Below, one piece after another: positions 1 to 10,868 of a stretch of DNA of 64,000 nt (position 1 is the stretch's first letter; the number at the start of each line of letters is the position of its first letter). The DNA comes from a virus. The stretch is taken from the IMG/VR virus record IMGVR_UViG_3300017917_000321, positions 25,087 to 89,086 of that record; one strand, given 5' to 3'. A program made the position numbers and the translations under genes. The notes beneath the pieces were generated by a model. It worked only from the letters and a program-made list of their open reading frames with translations, was not told the DNA's origin and searched no databases.

Positions 1-1347
1 GAGGTAACAGTATCAAGTGTTTCTTATGTTTACTATGATCCTCTTACAGGAAAAATAGTAAAAATAGCAAATAAACTAGATCCGGATGATACGCTTGCAA
101 CACTAGAAGTTCAGCATGACAGTGTTGCTGAAATTATTAACGGTACAAAGAGTTCTGAGAACTTTATTGTTGAATATGATGTTGCATTAAAGCAACTAGC
201 ACTTAGAGAAATAACATACGAAGAACATCTTACCAAGATTGAGTCTCGACTTCATCGGTTACCAGTTGTTAGAACAACAACAGATGAAGCAGGAGATAAA
301 TCGTCAATTATTTTTGACAATATCTATGACGGAGTTGAAGTTTTTTTATGGACTTCCGGTAGTAGACATTTTAAGGATAGTTTAGTTTGGTATAAAAACA
401 ATGTTTATAAACTATTGGAAAATATTGAGTCTGTTAAATTTGATACAACCAAATCAGAATTATTTGTAGCAAACGTTTCTCTACCAGATATTAAAAGTGT
501 AAATCATTTCGTTGAATATAAAACAAGTTTTGACCCCATATATGAAGGAATTCATGTTGATGTTTGGTATAGAGAATTGCCACATTTCAAGGGTCAACAC
601 GTTTGGGCACATAATACTGTTTATAGATACAAATTAGACGTAGCAGAAAATGAGCCTTTTGACTTAGAGTATCTTGATATTATTGAAGAAAACGTTTTTC
701 TTTATGCTGATTCAAACAAGTATTTGAGTTTTGTTTCTATTTTATCTCCCGGAGATAAGATACTGGATAACAATAAATTATACCTGTTTGTGGACAAGAA
801 GTTAAATGTTAATCCAAATGAAAAGTCTATATTATTCTATTCATCTAGATACGAAGGTTTATATTATGATGAAATTGCAAATAGACTTACAAAATTTTCA
901 TTCATAGAACGTAATAACAAATTAACTGCTAAGTCAGAAGTCTTAGATGATGAAGTTGTGTTAACACCGAGCGTACATATCTCTAATGGACAAAAGGTAT
1001 TAATTGGAAAATCACTGTATCAGGCAAACACTCTAGATGAAAGAGATATTGACGTAAACGTTGTTCAAAATAATTTAATAGGCTGCTGGGAAATATATCT
1101 TGGAAGAAAAACAAAGAAAAGCCTTGAGATGATAAATTATATAGGTCATGATATTTTATATTTTAGTGTAACTGCTAAACATGACCCTAATGTTCTTTAT
1201 AGAACTATGGATTTTTCTTTAACTAAATTATTAGCTAATAAGGTCCAAAGATATCCGTATCAGTACAAATGGGAAAGCGATCGCACCGACGTAAGTGTGT
1301 ATACCGCAAAGTTTTTTGAAACCTATTCACATGAGATTTTAGAATGA
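1..1347 (+). CDS. Hypothetical protein, 5'-truncated (frame is open from base 1; the 415 start in the ORF track is internal); has an internal aromatic repeat
   Basis: Frame 1 reads EVTVSSVSYVYYDPLTGKIV...NNVYKLLENIES with no stop into the 415..1347 ORF; repeat FDNIYDGVEVFLW..HFKDSLVWYKNNVY / FDPIYEGIHVDVW..HFKGQHVWAHNTVY. Confidence 0.75.
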   Translation, partial: EVTVSSVSYVYYDPLTGKIVKIANKLDPDDTLATLEVQHDSVAEIINGTKSSENFIVEYDVALKQLALREITYEEHLTKIESRLHRLPVVRTTTDEAGDKSSIIFDNIYDGVEVFLWTSGSRHFKDSLVWYKNNVYKLLENIESVKFDTTKSELFVANVSLPDIKSVNHFVEYKTSFDPIYEGIHVDVWYRELPHFKGQHVWAHNTVYRYKLDVAENEPFDLEYLDIIEENVFLYADSNKYLSFVSILSPGDKILDNNKLYLFVDKKLNVNPNEKSILFYSSRYEGLYYDEIANRLTKFSFIERNNKLTAKSEVLDDEVVLTPSVHISNGQKVLIGKSLYQANTLDERDIDVNVVQNNLIGCWEIYLGRKTKKSLEMINYIGHDILYFSVTAKHDPNVLYRTMDFSLTKLLANKVQRYPYQYKWESDRTDVSVYTAKFFETYSHEILE

Positions 1348-2264
1348 GCAAGATTAAAGTTGTTGACTATGACATCATATACCTTAGCTATGATGAACCT
1401 AATGCAGAAAAAAATTACGCAGACCTCTGTAAAAAGATTCCGTGGGCTAAACGTGTACACGGTGTTAAAGGCAGTGATGCTGCACACAAAGCCTGCGCTA
1501 GGCTAAGTGAAACTGATAGATTTATTACTGTTGACGGTGATAATACTGTCAGAGAAGAATTTTTAAATCAAGAAATTGATTTTAAAGAGCATCATGATCT
1601 TACTAATTGTGTGATTAGTTGGAGCGGCAGAAATGTTATCAACGGACTAATGTACGGTAATGGCGGATTGAAATGTTGGCCAAAAGAATTTGTGTTAAAC
1701 ATGAAAACGCATGAAGCAGCAGATCCCAAAAACAAACATGCTCAGGTAGATTTTTGTTGGGATGTGCAGTATATACAAATGAACAGTTGCTATTCAGATG
1801 TACACAACAATGCTAATCCTGCACAGGCATGGAGAGCAGGATTCCGCGAAGGTGTTAAGCTAGCTCTTGATAGAGGAATTAAACCCACAAAAGAAGAGTT
1901 TTTAAAAAACCATTGGCGTTGTTTGCATTGGCTCTATATATGGACTATGGTAGGCGCCGATGTTGAGTACGGCAAATGGGCAATACTAGGAGCCAGAGAA
2001 GGTCTTTTTAAAACAATGCTTACTGACTGGGATTATGTTAACGTTCGCGATTTCGAATATCTAAACGATTTATGGTCAAAAGAATTTGAAGGCATGGACG
2101 AAGATGTAATGGATGCTAGAATTAAATTCCTTGGCCGAGAACTCAGCGAAAATCTAAATGTTCCTATAGGTGAAATACTCTCACCAGATCAAAGTAAGTT
2201 TTTTAAAACAGTATACGAGCATCCTGCTAGAACAGATCATCAGAGATTTATTGAACGGCTATGA
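1344..2264 (+). CDS. GT-A fold glycosyltransferase-like protein
   Basis: DIIYLSYDEPNAE N-terminus, DxD motif (TVDGD), YGNGGLK; paralog of 15045..15728. Confidence 0.65.
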   Translation: MSKIKVVDYDIIYLSYDEPNAEKNYADLCKKIPWAKRVHGVKGSDAAHKACARLSETDRFITVDGDNTVREEFLNQEIDFKEHHDLTNCVISWSGRNVINGLMYGNGGLKCWPKEFVLNMKTHEAADPKNKHAQVDFCWDVQYIQMNSCYSDVHNNANPAQAWRAGFREGVKLALDRGIKPTKEEFLKNHWRCLHWLYIWTMVGADVEYGKWAILGAREGLFKTMLTDWDYVNVRDFEYLNDLWSKEFEGMDEDVMDARIKFLGRELSENLNVPIGEILSPDQSKFFKTVYEHPARTDHQRFIERL

Positions 2265-3499
2265 AAAAGCAGGATAAGTTGCGCACACTATTATATCTTG
2301 AATATGAGCCTGATCAAATTTTTTATATAAACGGGTTTAAAAAAGATTTAATAATAAATTTTTTAACAGACGGCTGGGAACCGACCGGCTTATATGCGCT
2401 ATGGTCTGACTTTGATCAAATTTTTAAAAAAACTACTGCAATACCTGAATCTGAAAAATTCTTTTATCCAATAGCTATTAGTCGATGGGAAGTTTCTGAA
2501 ATTTTTAATCAGATAACAATCAGTAAAAAGATAATTAAAAAGGTCAAGCAAGGCCAGTGCAAAATTCTACTTATATGTCCCTTTGAAGGTTGGACATGGT
2601 CTTGGTGGGATAACCTAGCCTTCATTTTAAAGACAAAATTTGAACTTGACAATGAGCATATTGTTTTTCTTTCAGCTAACTATTTCCCACACAAAACTTT
2701 TAAAACAATAGTTTTTAATACCTGGGAAAAGCAAATATTTTCTAATTATTCAACATACGAGCATTACGAAAGAAGTGTAAAAGCAATAGAGACACCTAGA
2801 TCAAATAAATTCATATGTTTAAATAGGCGTCCTTCAATTCATAGATACGCAGTTGTTTCGAGTTTATTTGATAATAGAGATCAGGGAATTTTAACCTGCG
2901 CCTTAAAAGGAAGTTATAGTGACTGGTATCAAAATTGGGTAGAAGAAAATTTCTTAAATGAGTATCCGGAACTTTCAGACAAATACAAGAAAGAAATTAA
3001 ACCCAGTCTTCCTTTGACATATAATGATAATATTAATCCAGAAGTCGATAACCCTGCTGCTAACGAATGGGGTAATGTAGAAAAATATTATTCAAGCTAT
3101 CTTTATATTGTTACTGAGACTTTCTTTGAAAATAAAGCACAGGGTCAGGATACTCTATTTCTAAGCGAAAAGATTTTTAAACCTATAATATTTTTTCAGC
3201 CATTTGTAGCATTTGCAAGACCTGGCACTCTTAGATTAATGCAAGATCTAGGTTATAAAACATTCGGTGAGTTTATTGACGAGACTTACGATTTGATTGA
3301 CGACGATAAAGAAAGATTGTATAAAGCAGTTGATAGTGTTAAAAAGTTTATCAGTCTATCAAATGAAGAATTAAGAAATACAATGATTAAAATGGCACCA
3401 ATTTTTAATCATAATTATAATGTCCTAAAACAGAATTGGGAATACAAGATTTATGACAAACTTAAAAACGATTTATATAGCTGTTTGCACGGAGAATAA
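2261..3499 (+). CDS. Glycosyltransferase-like protein (GT10/exostosin-like GT-B C-terminus)
   Basis: FICLNRRPSIHR, YLYIVTETFF, FLSEKIFKPI resemble the fucosyltransferase-type E..x.SEK motif; paralog of 13231..14433. Confidence 0.55.
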   Translation: MKKQDKLRTLLYLEYEPDQIFYINGFKKDLIINFLTDGWEPTGLYALWSDFDQIFKKTTAIPESEKFFYPIAISRWEVSEIFNQITISKKIIKKVKQGQCKILLICPFEGWTWSWWDNLAFILKTKFELDNEHIVFLSANYFPHKTFKTIVFNTWEKQIFSNYSTYEHYERSVKAIETPRSNKFICLNRRPSIHRYAVVSSLFDNRDQGILTCALKGSYSDWYQNWVEENFLNEYPELSDKYKKEIKPSLPLTYNDNINPEVDNPAANEWGNVEKYYSSYLYIVTETFFENKAQGQDTLFLSEKIFKPIIFFQPFVAFARPGTLRLMQDLGYKTFGEFIDETYDLIDDDKERLYKAVDSVKKFISLSNEELRNTMIKMAPIFNHNYNVLKQNWEYKIYDKLKNDLYSCLHGE

Positions 3500-3502
3500 T
3501 TA

Positions 3503-4771
3503 ATGTCTCATCTTTTTGAAAAACTTAGAAACTCAAAAACATTCTGTATCATGCCATGGATTCACTGTGCAACACAGACTAATGGTGCTGTGCAGTTATG
3601 CTGTGTGGCTTCTCCTATTAAAGAATTAAATCTAAACAATATGACATGGGATGAAGTATGGAACAGTGAACAGTATAAAGATGCAAGATTAAAAATGCTA
3701 TCAGACGAAAAGGTTTCTTATTGTACGAATTGTTATAAGGAAGAAGCAGCAGGAATTAAAAGCCATAGACAGAATGAAAACGAAGTCTGGGCAAATAATT
3801 GGAGTCCTATTAAATTACATGAGTTAAGGAAAATTGTTGCTGACACAAACGATGACGGTTCTATTGATAGCGGTATTGTTAGTGTTGACTTTAGACTAGG
3901 AAATACCTGTAATTTACAGTGTGTAATGTGCAGGCCTCATGACAGCAGCAAATGGTTAAATGATTCAAAATTCCTTGCTGAAAATCTAACAAGCGAAGCT
4001 AAATGGGACTGGAAACACAAAAGTAACATTGTTATAGAACAATTTGAATGGTATAAGAATCAAAAATTTTGGGATAGCTTTTATGAATCTGCGCATAATA
4101 TTAGAGATCTAATATTCGGCGGCGGAGAACCTATACTCATCAAACAGCATAAAGAACTTATCAAACATCTTGTTAAGATCGATCATGCTAAAAATGTTGA
4201 AATTCGTTATCATACTAACGGAACAATGTTGGATGAAGAATTGTTGGAACTATGGACACACTTTAAGAAAGCTCATATCATGGTGAGCCTAGATGCTCAT
4301 CAAGACCTAAACAGTTACATTCGTTATCCTGCCAAGTGGGAAGATATAGAAAAGCATCTAAGAATCTATGATAATACAACTGGCGGTGATATTATACTAG
4401 ATATCAATTGTACTGTACAGGCTCTTAATGTAAATTATCTGCCAGAGTTTGCAGAATGGATCTGGGCCCAAGATTATAAGAAGATTGGTAAGAGAACACT
4501 GTCATCTCCGTTCCATACAGCAACACTGCACTGGCCAAAGTATCTATGCACCAAGGTTTTGCCACTAGAATCAAAAAAACGTGTGGCTGAAAAGTTAAAC
4601 ACATTCATGGCTAAGCATCCTAATAATCCAGAGATACAAAAATGGTCTGCAATCGTAGATTTTATGATGAGTGAAGACTGGTCTGACATGCTGGATCAAA
4701 CAAAAGACTATCTCAGAATGCTGGATAAAATTAGACCTGTGCAATTTCCTGAAATATACAAACTGTTATAA
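3503..4771 (+). CDS. Radical SAM protein with N-terminal twitch/SPASM-like Cys domain
   Basis: FCIMPW..LCC..CTNC N-terminal domain; CNLQCVMC; GGGEP; YHTNGT; SLDA..YIRYP. Confidence 0.9.
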   Translation: MSHLFEKLRNSKTFCIMPWIHCATQTNGAVQLCCVASPIKELNLNNMTWDEVWNSEQYKDARLKMLSDEKVSYCTNCYKEEAAGIKSHRQNENEVWANNWSPIKLHELRKIVADTNDDGSIDSGIVSVDFRLGNTCNLQCVMCRPHDSSKWLNDSKFLAENLTSEAKWDWKHKSNIVIEQFEWYKNQKFWDSFYESAHNIRDLIFGGGEPILIKQHKELIKHLVKIDHAKNVEIRYHTNGTMLDEELLELWTHFKKAHIMVSLDAHQDLNSYIRYPAKWEDIEKHLRIYDNTTGGDIILDINCTVQALNVNYLPEFAEWIWAQDYKKIGKRTLSSPFHTATLHWPKYLCTKVLPLESKKRVAEKLNTFMAKHPNNPEIQKWSAIVDFMMSEDWSDMLDQTKDYLRMLDKIRPVQFPEIYKLL

Positions 4772-4773
4772 GA

Positions 4774-5547
4774 ATGAAATATCTAGTAACATCTGGTTGT
4801 AGTTTTTCTGATAATCACGGTATGCGCTGGCCGCATTATCTAGCTGAAGCGTTAAACCTACAGCTATTTAATAGGGGTCAGGGTAGCTCGGGTAATCATT
4901 GGATAGCTAAATCTTCTATATATCAAACTCAGTTATTACTGGATAAGGGAATCGACCCTAACGATATAATGGTTGCTGTTATGTGGTCTGGTATTGATAG
5001 AAAAGATTGTTTTATTGATACTGAGACAATTAACTATGAAAGGCTAATTAACAACCTCAACGATCATCCTAATCCTGTTAATTTCTTAGACAATGAACCT
5101 AACGTAAGAAATAAACACAGCCTACCAACAGCTGATGGATATTTGTCAGGTTCTGCTAGCTGTACTTTTGCAAACGAAAATATTAATAAATTTAAAAAAG
5201 ATCTAGTGTTGAGATATTTTTCTCCGCAAGCTCTTGCTATCGAATCTTATGAAAACTTTTTAAGATTACAATGGTTTTGTAAAAGTGTAGGGGTGCGATT
5301 AATTAATCAAACTTTTATGGAAATAATGAAATTTCCTACAGGTAATATTTTAACAAAAGATTATTATAGAAATATAACACCGCTTTACAATATGATTGAT
5401 TTCAATCAATGGATATTTTGGAATCAAACTCAAGGTATATACGAATACTGTAGAGATAATAATTTAACCTTTTATGAAGATAAGATACATCCGTCAGAAG
5501 AATCACATTATAAATATGTTTATGATTTTTTACGGAAAAAATTATAA
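4774..5547 (+). CDS. SGNH/GDSL hydrolase-like protein (acyl-esterase or acyltransferase)
   Basis: GCSFS block I, GSSGN block II, DKIHP catalytic DxxH. Confidence 0.7.
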   Translation: MKYLVTSGCSFSDNHGMRWPHYLAEALNLQLFNRGQGSSGNHWIAKSSIYQTQLLLDKGIDPNDIMVAVMWSGIDRKDCFIDTETINYERLINNLNDHPNPVNFLDNEPNVRNKHSLPTADGYLSGSASCTFANENINKFKKDLVLRYFSPQALAIESYENFLRLQWFCKSVGVRLINQTFMEIMKFPTGNILTKDYYRNITPLYNMIDFNQWIFWNQTQGIYEYCRDNNLTFYEDKIHPSEESHYKYVYDFLRKKL

Positions 5548-6287
5548 TGAAAAAAAATAATCATAATCTAGTTGTATTTGGAGATAGTTGGGGTCGAGGA
5601 GCATGGACTTTACCTGATGAAACTACCTTACATTCAACGCAGGGAGATAATTATTTTTCTGAAAAATGGCAAGAACATTTTAACAGCGTTGAGAATTTTT
5701 CCAAAGGCGGATCATCTAATTCGAACTCTCTAATTTCATTAATGGATTATCTTCAAACAGAAACAACATTGAGTTTAAGAGAAAATAAAAAGAAAATATT
5801 AGTTATTCAAACAGAGCCAATGAGAGATGTAATACCTCAAATAAATTTTGGTAATGTTAGTCCTTATTATCCAATATTTAAAGACTCTGATTACAAGGCA
5901 TTTAACGAAACTCTAATTAATTTTTTCTATTTTAATTTAAATGAAATTGGAAAGAAATTTAAAACACGTATTAATTTAACAGGCGGCTGTTCAGATGTTA
6001 ATATTTCTTTAGCCAGACAGTATGCTTATATAAATGTTTGCTGCGAATCATTTTACAGTCTTATTGATACAACGCACACACCAACAATATTTTCAGTTAC
6101 CCATGATGTTTCGAAAGCCATGCAGAAAATGACAAAATCAAATATCTTTGTAGTTGATAGTATTGCCAAGAAGCAAGGGATACAGAGTGAATATCAACGA
6201 GATGTATTTGGCTACGGTCTTGATAATCATCCATCTAGAAAAGGTATTGACATTTGGATCTCTCATATGTCAAAAAACATAAAATAA
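5547..6287 (+). CDS. SGNH/GDSL hydrolase-like protein
   Basis: FGDSWG, GGSSN, DNHPS. Confidence 0.7.
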   Translation: MKKNNHNLVVFGDSWGRGAWTLPDETTLHSTQGDNYFSEKWQEHFNSVENFSKGGSSNSNSLISLMDYLQTETTLSLRENKKKILVIQTEPMRDVIPQINFGNVSPYYPIFKDSDYKAFNETLINFFYFNLNEIGKKFKTRINLTGGCSDVNISLARQYAYINVCCESFYSLIDTTHTPTIFSVTHDVSKAMQKMTKSNIFVVDSIAKKQGIQSEYQRDVFGYGLDNHPSRKGIDIWISHMSKNIK

Positions 6288-6343
6288 AAATTTATTGTAT
6301 TCTACGGTATTTCAGAAGTATCGATCTTTAGAAAAGTAATCAT

Positions 6344-6349
6344 TAAATA
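6344..6349 (+). promoter_or_regulatory. TAAATA late-promoter-like motif
   Basis: In the 81-nt intergenic gap, about 20 nt before the AAGGA RBS/ATG of the dehydrogenase gene. Confidence 0.4.
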
Positions 6350-6368
6350 AAAGAACAAGGACTAAAAA

Positions 6369-7589
6369 ATGAAAATAGCAATGATTGGTTGTGGTAAACT
6401 TGGCTTGCCGTGTGCAGAAGTTATGGGTAAACATTATGACATAGTTGGATATGATATAATCAAAGATCCGGCTGCTGAAATACCTATGTTAGATTCTATT
6501 CAAGAAGCAGTGAACAGACGAGATCTTATTTTCGTTGCAGTCCCAACACCACATGATCCTGAATACGGCGGCAGTAAACCAATTGCTGAAATGCCTCCAA
6601 AAGATTTTGATTATAGTATTGTTCAGCAAGTGCTAGAAGAAATAAATCGGTATGTAAACAAGAATCAGCTGGTTGTATTAATTTCAACAGTTCTTCCAGG
6701 AACAGTGCGAGCCCATCTTGCCCCTAAAATAACTAATGCGCGATTCATTTATAACCCATACCTTATTGCTATGGGCTCTGTTAAATGGGATATGGTAAAT
6801 CCAGAATGCCTAATCATCGGAACAGAAGACGGCAACAGAACAGGCGATGCTGGTTTACTCATAGATTTTTATAAACCTATAATGGAGAATGATCCGCAGA
6901 TCAATGTAGGCACATGGGACGAAGCTGAAGCCATTAAGATTTTTTACAATACGTTCATTTCTGCCAAAATTGGCCTTGTTAATATGATTCAAGACGTTGC
7001 TGAAAAAAATGGTAATATCAATGTTGATGTAGTAACAGATGCGCTTAAGGCAGCTACACAGCGTATTACAGGACCTAGATACTTAACAGCAGGTATGGGA
7101 GATGCTGGCGCATGTCATCCTAGAGATAATATTGCACTACGCTATCTAGCGGAACGTTTGGATCTAGGCTATGATTTATTCCACGCTATTATGCACAGCA
7201 GAGATCGACAGGCTAAAAACATGGCGCTTAAACTTGTTGCATTAGCTAAAGAACATCAACTACCAGTTGTAATTCACGGTCGTGCATACAAGCCATATGT
7301 ACCTTATACCATCGGTAGCTACTCTGAATTAGTTGGTCACTTTGTTGAAGCAGAAGGTGTTGAAGTATTTTATGCAGATCCACTAACTGATGATTCATGG
7401 TCAGGTCGCGCAGTAATATTAATGGCACATAATCCTGCTATTACTTATTTTGGAACTGGAGTTGATATTAAACCAGAACAGTTTTATTTTTATATTGAGC
7501 CAGGCAGCGTTATACTAGACCCCTGGAGAACAATAAATGATATTCCTGGTTGCACTGTTATTCATTACGGCAATACTCGACTTCAATGA
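6369..7589 (+). CDS. ugd: UDP-glucose/GDP-mannose 6-dehydrogenase family protein
   Basis: GCGKLG Rossmann, FVAVPTP, STVLPGT, EAIKIFYNTF, catalytic GACHPRD, C-terminal UDP-binding domain. Confidence 0.85.
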   Translation: MKIAMIGCGKLGLPCAEVMGKHYDIVGYDIIKDPAAEIPMLDSIQEAVNRRDLIFVAVPTPHDPEYGGSKPIAEMPPKDFDYSIVQQVLEEINRYVNKNQLVVLISTVLPGTVRAHLAPKITNARFIYNPYLIAMGSVKWDMVNPECLIIGTEDGNRTGDAGLLIDFYKPIMENDPQINVGTWDEAEAIKIFYNTFISAKIGLVNMIQDVAEKNGNINVDVVTDALKAATQRITGPRYLTAGMGDAGACHPRDNIALRYLAERLDLGYDLFHAIMHSRDRQAKNMALKLVALAKEHQLPVVIHGRAYKPYVPYTIGSYSELVGHFVEAEGVEVFYADPLTDDSWSGRAVILMAHNPAITYFGTGVDIKPEQFYFYIEPGSVILDPWRTINDIPGCTVIHYGNTRLQ

Positions 7590-8689
7590 GCAAGCAAAAC
7601 ACTTTTTGTAAAGCACTTAGTAACGCTGTAAGTTTTAGAATACCAGGCGAGTCTAATTCTTTAACTTTTAATCCTTGCTGTTTATACGATCATTACTTAC
7701 CCTTTCATCCAACCTACTATAAAAAGCATAGAGAAATTTTTATTAATGCAGATCAAGATTTCCTACCAGGTTGCAGTAAGTGTAAGCTAAAAGAAAAAAC
7801 ACACAAAGGACAAAGCCATCGAGCATTTAATAATAAAGACATACCCGATGGTATAGGAAGTGATATACACAAGCTAGAAATAGTTTTAGATACTACTTGT
7901 AATGCAGCCTGTATACAATGTGGAACGTATCAAAGCAGTCTATGGCGCAACGAAGTTGCTAACAGAGATAAAAACTATCAACATATACAACCGGAAACAC
8001 AGATTGATTCTAAGATCGATTTAATCCAGTCTAGTGTAGATTTTTCCACAGTAAAAGAATTTCACTTCTGGGGAGGTGAACCGTTATTAACAGACACTCA
8101 TTTAAAATTTTTAAACAGGATAGAAAATCCGTCTGATGTTGTTATTCGCTACACTACTAACGGAAGTATTTTTCCAGATGACGATGTTTTAAAGTTATGG
8201 GAAAAATTTAAAGAAGTAAAGATTGGTCTAAGCGCAGACGGAATTGGTGATAGATTTCATTATATACGATGGCCCTTAAAATGGGACAAGTGGGCTAGAA
8301 ACGTTATTCGTTTTAGAGACGAAGCGCCTTCAAATGTTGATTATCATATTAATTGCTGCGTTATACCTTTGAATGCGCTCTACATACTAGAGCTAGTTGA
8401 ATGGTTAGATAATAATTTTGATGTTCATCAAAGAGGCGCCTATGCAGGACGAAAAATTAATTGTAACTTTATAAGAGGCGAAGGAACTCTTGATATCGGT
8501 TGCTCACCTATGAGTTTGCGTGAAGAAATATGGAAACTATTAGGTGAAGATCATGCTGTAAGCAAAATATTAAAAGAACTTCCTGTTATGGATCCTCAAC
8601 ACATGCTACGTCATATCAATGAATGGGATCCAATTAGAAAATTAAACTGGAGAGAAACTTTTCCAGATGTTGTGAGACATTTTGAATGA
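7586..8689 (+). CDS. Radical SAM protein with N-terminal twitch-like domain
   Basis: Start moved to the ATGA overlap (MSKQNTFC); PCC..CSKC; CNAACIQC; WGGEP; YTTNGS. Confidence 0.88.
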   Translation: MSKQNTFCKALSNAVSFRIPGESNSLTFNPCCLYDHYLPFHPTYYKKHREIFINADQDFLPGCSKCKLKEKTHKGQSHRAFNNKDIPDGIGSDIHKLEIVLDTTCNAACIQCGTYQSSLWRNEVANRDKNYQHIQPETQIDSKIDLIQSSVDFSTVKEFHFWGGEPLLTDTHLKFLNRIENPSDVVIRYTTNGSIFPDDDVLKLWEKFKEVKIGLSADGIGDRFHYIRWPLKWDKWARNVIRFRDEAPSNVDYHINCCVIPLNALYILELVEWLDNNFDVHQRGAYAGRKINCNFIRGEGTLDIGCSPMSLREEIWKLLGEDHAVSKILKELPVMDPQHMLRHINEWDPIRKLNWRETFPDVVRHFE

Positions 8690-9291
8690 TTGATCAACCT
8701 AGTTTAGCAATACTAATTGACTGCTGGCACATGGGGTCAAAAGCATCTGTTTCAGAAGTTGTATATTCTAACATCATAAATTTTTTAGAAACTAATCAAA
8801 ATATTAAAACAGTTGCACTAGCTTCATATAACTGTAAGAATGAATTTTTATCAAATAGACTCTGGTACAATAATTATAGAGATTTTTTTGATAATGAAAA
8901 AAACTCTAGGAAAATTAGAGATCTAGCAGTAGTTCACAATGTACATAGGCATCAAGATAACAGATTTCCAAATGAATATACAGATCCAATGATATTGAAT
9001 TATCAAAATGATAGTCAGTATCAGATAGCCATGTGGTGGGGATGGGAATTGGAATATTATCTATCGCTCAACCCGCATATAAAAAATATTTACGTTTTAG
9101 GACTAGCCTGGGATCAATGTGTGAAAATACGTCCCTTGGGTTACGAAGCACTAAGCGAAATCCCTAACATAAATGTCTTGACAAAAGTAGATTGTTCTGC
9201 TAATATGAATGCTTCAGCTGTGGAATTAGATTCTAATCCTAATTGGCAGAAAATAGAAGAAAAAATTTATTGTCTAAAATATGCTAAATGA
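8686..9291 (+). CDS. Isochorismatase/cysteine-hydrolase-like protein
   Basis: LAILIDCW and IYVLGLAWDQCV match the ALLVID...G.ATDxCV pattern. Confidence 0.55.
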   Translation: MIDQPSLAILIDCWHMGSKASVSEVVYSNIINFLETNQNIKTVALASYNCKNEFLSNRLWYNNYRDFFDNEKNSRKIRDLAVVHNVHRHQDNRFPNEYTDPMILNYQNDSQYQIAMWWGWELEYYLSLNPHIKNIYVLGLAWDQCVKIRPLGYEALSEIPNINVLTKVDCSANMNASAVELDSNPNWQKIEEKIYCLKYAK

Positions 9292-10405
9292 TAGACTGGG
9301 ATATTATCGTGTAGGATGGAAAAAGTTCTATAATAAAACTCTAGCTCTGCTAGAGAGCAATAAGACTGGCTATAAGATCGATTGGGTTTTTAACAACGAC
9401 ATTTACGGTAAAATTGATTGGACATTACCAGTTTTAGAATCTCTAGATTTATTATATGCTCTGCGAGCTAGACAGCTTAGAGAAAAATATGACTATCTTG
9501 TTTTGTACTTCAGCGGTGGCGCAGACAGTACTAATATTTTAAAAACATTTATAGATAACAATATTTTTCTAGATGAAATTGTAATGCAATGGCCTGAGCC
9601 TCAAGTAAAGCAATATTCTGATGTTAACGATAAAAGTAATCTAAATATCTACAGTGAAATTAAGTACCAAGCAGTACCTACATTAAACAATTTAAATTTA
9701 CATCCTAATACTAAGATTAGATATCAGGATTTTGCTAAACCCCTGTTAGATTTGCTAGCAAAGGACAATTGGTTTGATGAAATGCCTATGGGAACAAATA
9801 TTAGTCCTTCGGGGATTGGTAGACAGATATCACAAGTGACCGAACCGCATATTCTTAATTTGTGTATGCAGGGTAAATCGTGCGCACAGATACTAGGTGT
9901 TGATAAGCCATTGGTTCACTCTAACGGTTCTGATTACTTTGCATATTTTTCAGATGTATCAGCTATGCATTCTCCACCGGTAGATTATACGATGGGCGAT
10001 ATTTTTAATAATTTGTATCATACAGAATTCTTTTATTGGACACCTGATCTACCAAATATTGTTGTTAAACAGGCACAACTGATTAAAGCATACTGCGAAA
10101 CTAGCTCAACAGCTAAAGCTCAAATTATGAGCTCGATGAAAAAACACATCGGAACATTTAGACCATTATTACATTCTATAATTTATTCGCCCGATTTGAA
10201 AATTGAATGGGACCCAGAAAAACCAAACTCTGCTGTAGTTAGACCTATGGACGAATGGTTTTGGAAGTCTGCATCAAAAACTCAGATCGGCAATTATCTA
10301 TCTGTAATTGACTATATAAAGAAAAACTCAAGCTCTGAATATATGATAGATAATAATATTGAGAATGGCTTGGCCGCCCATACAACCGGCTTTTATAAAC
10401 TTTAA
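9281..10405 (+). CDS. PP-loop adenine nucleotide alpha-hydrolase (asparagine-synthetase-like ATP pyrophosphatase)
   Basis: LYFSGGADS PP-loop. Confidence 0.65.
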   Translation: MLNDRLGYYRVGWKKFYNKTLALLESNKTGYKIDWVFNNDIYGKIDWTLPVLESLDLLYALRARQLREKYDYLVLYFSGGADSTNILKTFIDNNIFLDEIVMQWPEPQVKQYSDVNDKSNLNIYSEIKYQAVPTLNNLNLHPNTKIRYQDFAKPLLDLLAKDNWFDEMPMGTNISPSGIGRQISQVTEPHILNLCMQGKSCAQILGVDKPLVHSNGSDYFAYFSDVSAMHSPPVDYTMGDIFNNLYHTEFFYWTPDLPNIVVKQAQLIKAYCETSSTAKAQIMSSMKKHIGTFRPLLHSIIYSPDLKIEWDPEKPNSAVVRPMDEWFWKSASKTQIGNYLSVIDYIKKNSSSEYMIDNNIENGLAAHTTGFYKL

Positions 10406-10412
10406 GAGGAGA

Positions 10413-10868
10413 ATGACATTGGAAAAGATGAACGAAGTACAAAAGAGAAGTATAGCAAAAGCAATAACAGCACGAGTAATGTTTACATGCAGCCACTTGG
10501 TTAACGGATTTATAGTAACAGGGTCTCTGGTGTTGGGCGCACAAATCGTAGGTGTGGCAGCAGTTGTGAATCTTTTGTTATTTTGGTTACACGAACGTGC
10601 ATGGAATTTCTTTCAGTTTAATAGAAAGCCCAAGGATGGTTTAATGTTCCTTGACGGACATCCTAGAACAGTTAGTAAGTCAGTAACATGGAGAGCAGTA
10701 ATTACTGCAAATAATTTCCTTATTCCATATCTACTAACAGGCTCATGGCAGACTGCTGCGGCATTCTTAACAATCGCAACTGTAATGAATATTGTGCTTT
10801 ATTATGTACACGAACGAGTCTGGAATAGATTTGCCTGGGGCAAAACAGCAGAACCGCAGCCTGTTTAA
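10413..10868 (+). CDS. Tandem DUF2061-like membrane protein
   Basis: AGGAG RBS before ATG 10413; two repeats RSIAKAITAR..HERAWN and RTVSKSVTWR..YYVHERVWN. Confidence 0.75.
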   Translation: MTLEKMNEVQKRSIAKAITARVMFTCSHLVNGFIVTGSLVLGAQIVGVAAVVNLLLFWLHERAWNFFQFNRKPKDGLMFLDGHPRTVSKSVTWRAVITANNFLIPYLLTGSWQTAAAFLTIATVMNIVLYYVHERVWNRFAWGKTAEPQPV

